From Planctomycetota bacterium (GTDB lineage Bacteria; Planctomycetota; UBA1135; JADKAF01): a stretch of DNA of 64,000 nucleotides. The stretch covers positions 98,519 through 162,518 of the forward strand of contig JADKAF010000002.1 in assembly GCA_016719295.1 (NCBI GenBank), read 5' to 3'. Made by a program: the position numbers and the translations under genes. The notes beneath the pieces are model-generated. The model made no database searches. It was not told where the DNA came from and saw only the letters and a program-made list of their open reading frames with translations. How positions within the stretch are numbered: position 1 is the first letter of the stretch; each line of letters begins with the position of its first letter. Positions 60,436 through 64,000 of the stretch are shown piece by piece.

Positions 60436-60839
60436 CAATCTGTCGCGGCCGAGGCGCTTATCTCCACAAGATGTGGTGCTCACCTGGGGGTCGAGAGCGA
60501 ACGGGCTCAGCGCGAGAGGCGCGCGTTCGATTCAGCGCAGCTGAGCGAGCGGCGAATACGAGAGAGATAGAGAGAGCAAGCGACCTCCACCTGTGCCGTG
60601 TCGATGCGGAGCGATCAGGAATCCTTGAAGCTCCAAGTGGGCACCTCCCGTGCGTTGGCGAGCTTCTGCGGCCGAAGCCGAGCCTCACCTGCGCGCCGTG
60701 GATCGGTTCCCGTGCGGATTCGTATCGAATCGCCGATGCGCTCCCGATCACGAACACCGCAGAGGTCGAGGCGAATGATAGCTCTCGATCCCGACCTCGG
60801 CACGCGGGGAATCGCGCCCGCGGACGCGGCGAGCTCAGC

Positions 60840-61928
60840 TCAGCGCGCGTTCTCCGCTCGAGCTCGCGCCGCGAGCGAGCCGGCCAAGCTCTCCACGATG
60901 CGCACTGCCGTCTCGAGCGCCGCCCGTCCATCGGCTCCGCTCACGCGGGGCGGGGTCCCTTCGCGCACGCAGCGCAGGAACGCGCGCAGCTCCTCGCGAA
61001 GCGGCTCGCGAGCCTCGAAGCGGAACTCCTGCACGCTCAGCAATCCGTTGAACACGAACTCGCGCAGGCGATCGCGATCGTTCATGAGCTCGGGATCGAC
61101 CGCGCGTGGATCGATGGCGCGCGCGTCCCAGCTCGGGCCCTTCGTCACCATCAGCGCGTGCCTCTCTCCGAGATCCAGAGAGAGGTAGGAGTCCTCGCTG
61201 AACACGCGGAAGCGCCGCATCGGCTTGATCGAGACGCGCGAGGCCGTGACGTTCGCGGCGGCGCCGCCGGCGAAGCCGAGACGCGCGGAGACCACGTCCT
61301 CGCTGCGGGTGAAGATCCGACCGCCTACGGCGTCCACGCGCTCGAGCGGCGCGCGCACCATCGCGAGGACGAGGTCGAGGTCGTGGATCATGAGATCCTG
61401 CACGACGCCGACGTCGGTCGAGCGAAAGGTGAACGGCGCCAGGCGATGCGCCTCGATGAAGAGGGGCAAGCGCTGCTGCGCGACCAGCGCCTCGAACGCC
61501 GGATTGAAGCGCTCGACGTGGCCGACCTGGAGGAGCGCGCCGTGCTCGGCCGCGACGGCGATCATACGATCGGCCTCCTCGAGTGTGACCGCGATCGGCT
61601 TCTCGACGAGGCAGGCGATCCCGCGCTCCAGGAAGGGCTCGGCCGCCGCGAGATGCGCCACCGTCGGCACCACGATGCTCACCGCATCGACGCCTTCGTC
61701 GAGGAGCTGCTGTAGATCGCTGCCGTGCGGCACGCCGAGGTCGGCAGCGACTCGCTCGGCGGCCGCGGCGTCGCGATCGATCACGCGCACGAGCTGGACC
61801 AGGCCGAGCCCACCCGCCTCCGATCCGCTCTTCTCCAGATCGCGGTAGATGCGCGCGTGGTGCCGCCCAAGATGCCCAACGCCCACGACGCCGACGCGCA
61901 GCGGGCGCTCAGCGAGAGGCTCAGGCAT
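60840..61928 (-). CDS. Gfo/Idh/MocA-family NAD(P)-dependent oxidoreductase
   Basis: 362-aa ORF with Rossmann motif RVGVVGVGHLGRHH and an EKP motif (CLVEKPIA). It overlaps the lpxC-fabZ stop by 8 nt. Confidence 0.85.
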   Translation of the reverse strand: MPEPLAERPLRVGVVGVGHLGRHHARIYRDLEKSGSEAGGLGLVQLVRVIDRDAAAAERVAADLGVPHGSDLQQLLDEGVDAVSIVVPTVAHLAAAEPFLERGIACLVEKPIAVTLEEADRMIAVAAEHGALLQVGHVERFNPAFEALVAQQRLPLFIEAHRLAPFTFRSTDVGVVQDLMIHDLDLVLAMVRAPLERVDAVGGRIFTRSEDVVSARLGFAGGAAANVTASRVSIKPMRRFRVFSEDSYLSLDLGERHALMVTKGPSWDARAIDPRAVDPELMNDRDRLREFVFNGLLSVQEFRFEAREPLREELRAFLRCVREGTPPRVSGADGRAALETAVRIVESLAGSLAARARAENAR

Positions 61929-63285
61929 CGACGAGCGTGAACATCAAGGTCGCCTCGGAGACCAGGCGGCCGCCGACCTTGCAGCGCCCGGTGACCTGCC
62001 CCAGGCTGGGCTTCACCTTGATCGTCTCGACCTCGATGCGGAGCTGGTCGCCCGGGATCACCGTGCCGCGGAGCTTCACCTTGTCGATCGACCAGAGCAC
62101 GGCGAGCTTGCCGGTGTTCTCGAGCTTGCGGAGCAGCAGGACCCCCGAGAGCTGAGCCATGGCTTCGAGCTGGAGCACGCCGGGCATGATCGGCGATTCC
62201 GGCCAGTGCCCCTGGAAGAAGGGCTCGTTGAAGGTGACGTTCTTGATCCCGACCGCGCGCCGATAGCCCTCGAGCTCGACGACGCGGTCGATGAGCAGGA
62301 ACGGATAGCGGTGCGGCAGGAGACGCATGATCTCCTGGATGTTCAGCCCCGACTCGCGCGGCAGCTCGCCGCGCATCTCCTGCGCCTCGATGCGGTCGCG
62401 GAGCTGCTTCACGAGCTTCGCATTCGCCGCGTGGCCGGTCTTGTTGGCGATGATGTGGCCGACCAAATCGGCGCCCAGCAGGCTCAGGTCCCCGAGGAAG
62501 TCGAGGATCTTGTGGCGCACCGGCTCGTCGACGAAGCGCCATTCCTGGCCTTCGCGTCCGATCACCACGGTGTTCTCGAGCGTGGCCCCCTTGCCCAGGC
62601 CCGCCGCCTGCAGCTTCTCGACCTCCTCCGCCATGCAGAAGGTGCGCGCGGGCGCGATGGCCTCGCGGAAGGTCTGCCGATCGAGCTGGTAGCGGTAGGT
62701 CTGCGAGCGCGGGAACGCCTGCGTGATCGAGAGGGACACGCCCCCGGCGACGCCCGCGGCTCCGCCTTGCCCGTTCATGGAAGGCCGACCGAACTCGGCG
62801 TGGTACTGAACGGTCAGCCCTTCGGCGGGATCCGCGCAGGGCAGGGCGACCAAGCTGGCATCGCCTTCGCGCACATAGATTGGCTCGTCCAGCACATAGA
62901 CCTTGCGGGTCGCCTTCTGATCGACGATCCCCGCGCTCTCGAGGAGCTGCGCGAGCGGAAGCGCGCTGCCGTCGGACGCGGGGATCTCCGCGCCGTCGAT
63001 CTCGATCTCGAGGTTGTCGACACCGAGCCCGAGGCAGGCGGCGAGCAGATGCTCGATCGTCTCGACCTCGGCCTTGCCATTCCGGAGCGCAGTGCGGCGC
63101 GATGCCGGCGAGAGATATTCGATGGACGCCGGGATCGAGGGCTCGTCGGGGAGGTCCGTGCGCGTGAAGACCACTCCGTGACCTGCCGGCGCAGGCTTCA
63201 GGCGCAGCTTGACCTCGGCTCCGGTGTGCAGGCCTCGGCCGGTGAACTCCACCGCCGACTTGATGGTTCGCTCAGATCGTCTCAC
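61921..63285 (-). CDS. lpxC/fabZ: Bifunctional UDP-3-O-acyl-GlcNAc deacetylase / 3-hydroxyacyl-ACP dehydratase (LpxC-FabZ fusion)
   Basis: The N-terminal LpxC part has [22 protein letters not shown] and HAANAKLV. The C-terminal FabZ hot-dog part has [13 protein letters not shown] and [16 protein letters not shown]. Confidence 0.9.
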   Translation of the reverse strand: MRRSERTIKSAVEFTGRGLHTGAEVKLRLKPAPAGHGVVFTRTDLPDEPSIPASIEYLSPASRRTALRNGKAEVETIEHLLAACLGLGVDNLEIEIDGAEIPASDGSALPLAQLLESAGIVDQKATRKVYVLDEPIYVREGDASLVALPCADPAEGLTVQYHAEFGRPSMNGQGGAAGVAGGVSLSITQAFPRSQTYRYQLDRQTFREAIAPARTFCMAEEVEKLQAAGLGKGATLENTVVIGREGQEWRFVDEPVRHKILDFLGDLSLLGADLVGHIIANKTGHAANAKLVKQLRDRIEAQEMRGELPRESGLNIQEIMRLLPHRYPFLLIDRVVELEGYRRAVGIKNVTFNEPFFQGHWPESPIMPGVLQLEAMAQLSGVLLLRKLENTGKLAVLWSIDKVKLRGTVIPGDQLRIEVETIKVKPSLGQVTGRCKVGGRLVSEATLMFTLVDA

Positions 63286-63399
63286 GCGTCGCGACTGTCC
63301 ATGGGGAGGGCGCGCGGTGACCCGAGGATGCGGGACGGAGCGCTCCGGACGCCGAGGAGGGTACTCCCATGAGGGAGCGCGTCAAGACCGCGTCGCGAC

Positions 63400-63993
63400 C
63401 TACTTCAGCGCCGCGGCGATCTCCTGGCTGATGTCGAGGGCAGGATCGAGGTGCGCCGCGGAGCGATAGAGGATCCGGCGGTAGCGCTCCTCGAGGCCGA
63501 GGCCTTCCTCGGCTTCGCTCGCCGCGGCCCAGTTCTGCAGCACGACGTCGATGCCGTTCGCCTTGGCGTAGACCGAGATCGCGATGTCCACATCGTCGCT
63601 CCACTTCAGGATCGCCTGGGTCTGCTCCAGGTTCTTCTGCTCCTGGAAGCGCTCCTTCTTCTTCCCGGCGCGGTAGCTCAGGACCTCGAGCTCCTCGAGC
63701 ATCTGGCGGTACTCGGGGCTCGATTTGAGGCCGGTGAACGAGCTCAGGTTCTTCTCGATCGACTGGCCCTGCTTCATCAGCTCGCCGAGCTCGCCGTTCC
63801 AGCCCTCCCAGCGCTTGGTCATGGCCTCGCGCTCCTCGCGGAAGCGCTCGGCGCTCTCGAAGATCTTGTTCATGTTCACGTAGCGCACGACGCTCGGGCG
63901 CAGCGGCTCCGAGTGCTCGCGCGCGCCGGGACCGAGAGCGAGGCCGAAGGCGGCCGTCGTGCCGAGGACGGCGAGGGCGAAGAGGGTCTTCAC
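63400..63993 (-). CDS. skp: OmpH/Skp-family periplasmic chaperone
   Basis: 197-aa ORF with a signal peptide (MKTLFALAVLGTTAAFGLALG), then a Glu/Lys-rich coiled-coil region. It sits upstream of the lipid A genes, as in the usual skp-lpx clusters. Confidence 0.7.
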   Translation of the reverse strand: MKTLFALAVLGTTAAFGLALGPGAREHSEPLRPSVVRYVNMNKIFESAERFREEREAMTKRWEGWNGELGELMKQGQSIEKNLSSFTGLKSSPEYRQMLEELEVLSYRAGKKKERFQEQKNLEQTQAILKWSDDVDIAISVYAKANGIDVVLQNWAAASEAEEGLGLEERYRRILYRSAAHLDPALDISQEIAAALK

Positions 63994-64000
63994 GAGGGAC

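Overview
Very GC-rich bacterial chromosome segment from a diderm organism (LpxC/FabZ, Skp/OmpH and MCE/Mla genes are present). About half of it is the core translation/transcription cluster, all on the minus strand. Reading from 31.6 kb down to 1, the order is tRNA-Thr/Tyr/Gly/Thr, tuf, rpmG, secE, nusG, rplKAJL, rpoB, rpoC, rpsL, rpsG, a Tsr3/DTW-like gene, fusA, and then the S10/spc ribosomal-protein genes down to rplO. The rest (31.7-64 kb) holds housekeeping and envelope genes:
- mutS2 coupled to a GT-C-type membrane glycosyltransferase
- a Cys/Met PLP enzyme and an HU-like protein
- a lipoprotein/TPR-lipoprotein/dtd operon
- a five-gene MCE/Mla-type operon, then ribE, trmD and rplS
- a giant fused secDF, then hflX, nadB, lexA and speA
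- a LysM/YkuD L,D-transpeptidase
- a Gfo/Idh/MocA oxidoreductase overlapping a fused lpxC-fabZ, then skp

I saw no transposase, integrase, CRISPR array or rRNA.

The most unusual points are:
1. The MCE operon is bracketed by two proteins I cannot assign to any family. One is a 518-aa lipoprotein made of about 17 aromatic-Pro repeats.
2. A Tsr3/DTW-like aminocarboxypropyl-transferase gene sits inside the str operon.
3. The operon-internal spacers are unusually long and full of GC-rich hairpins and unrelated short tandem arrays (units of 15, 18, 19, 21, 27 and 36 nt).
4. rpoC and rplS each carry an apparent single-base frameshift.
5. rpsN, rpmD and tRNA-Trp are missing from their usual positions.
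6. TrmD and SecF carry large in-frame insertions.
7. An intergenic region upstream of lexA has a promoter-plus-terminator unit and an antisense ORF pair.

All functional calls come from reading the translated ORFs and from gene order. No database search was run. Because the GC content is so high, most long ORFs in the track are antisense shadows of real genes.
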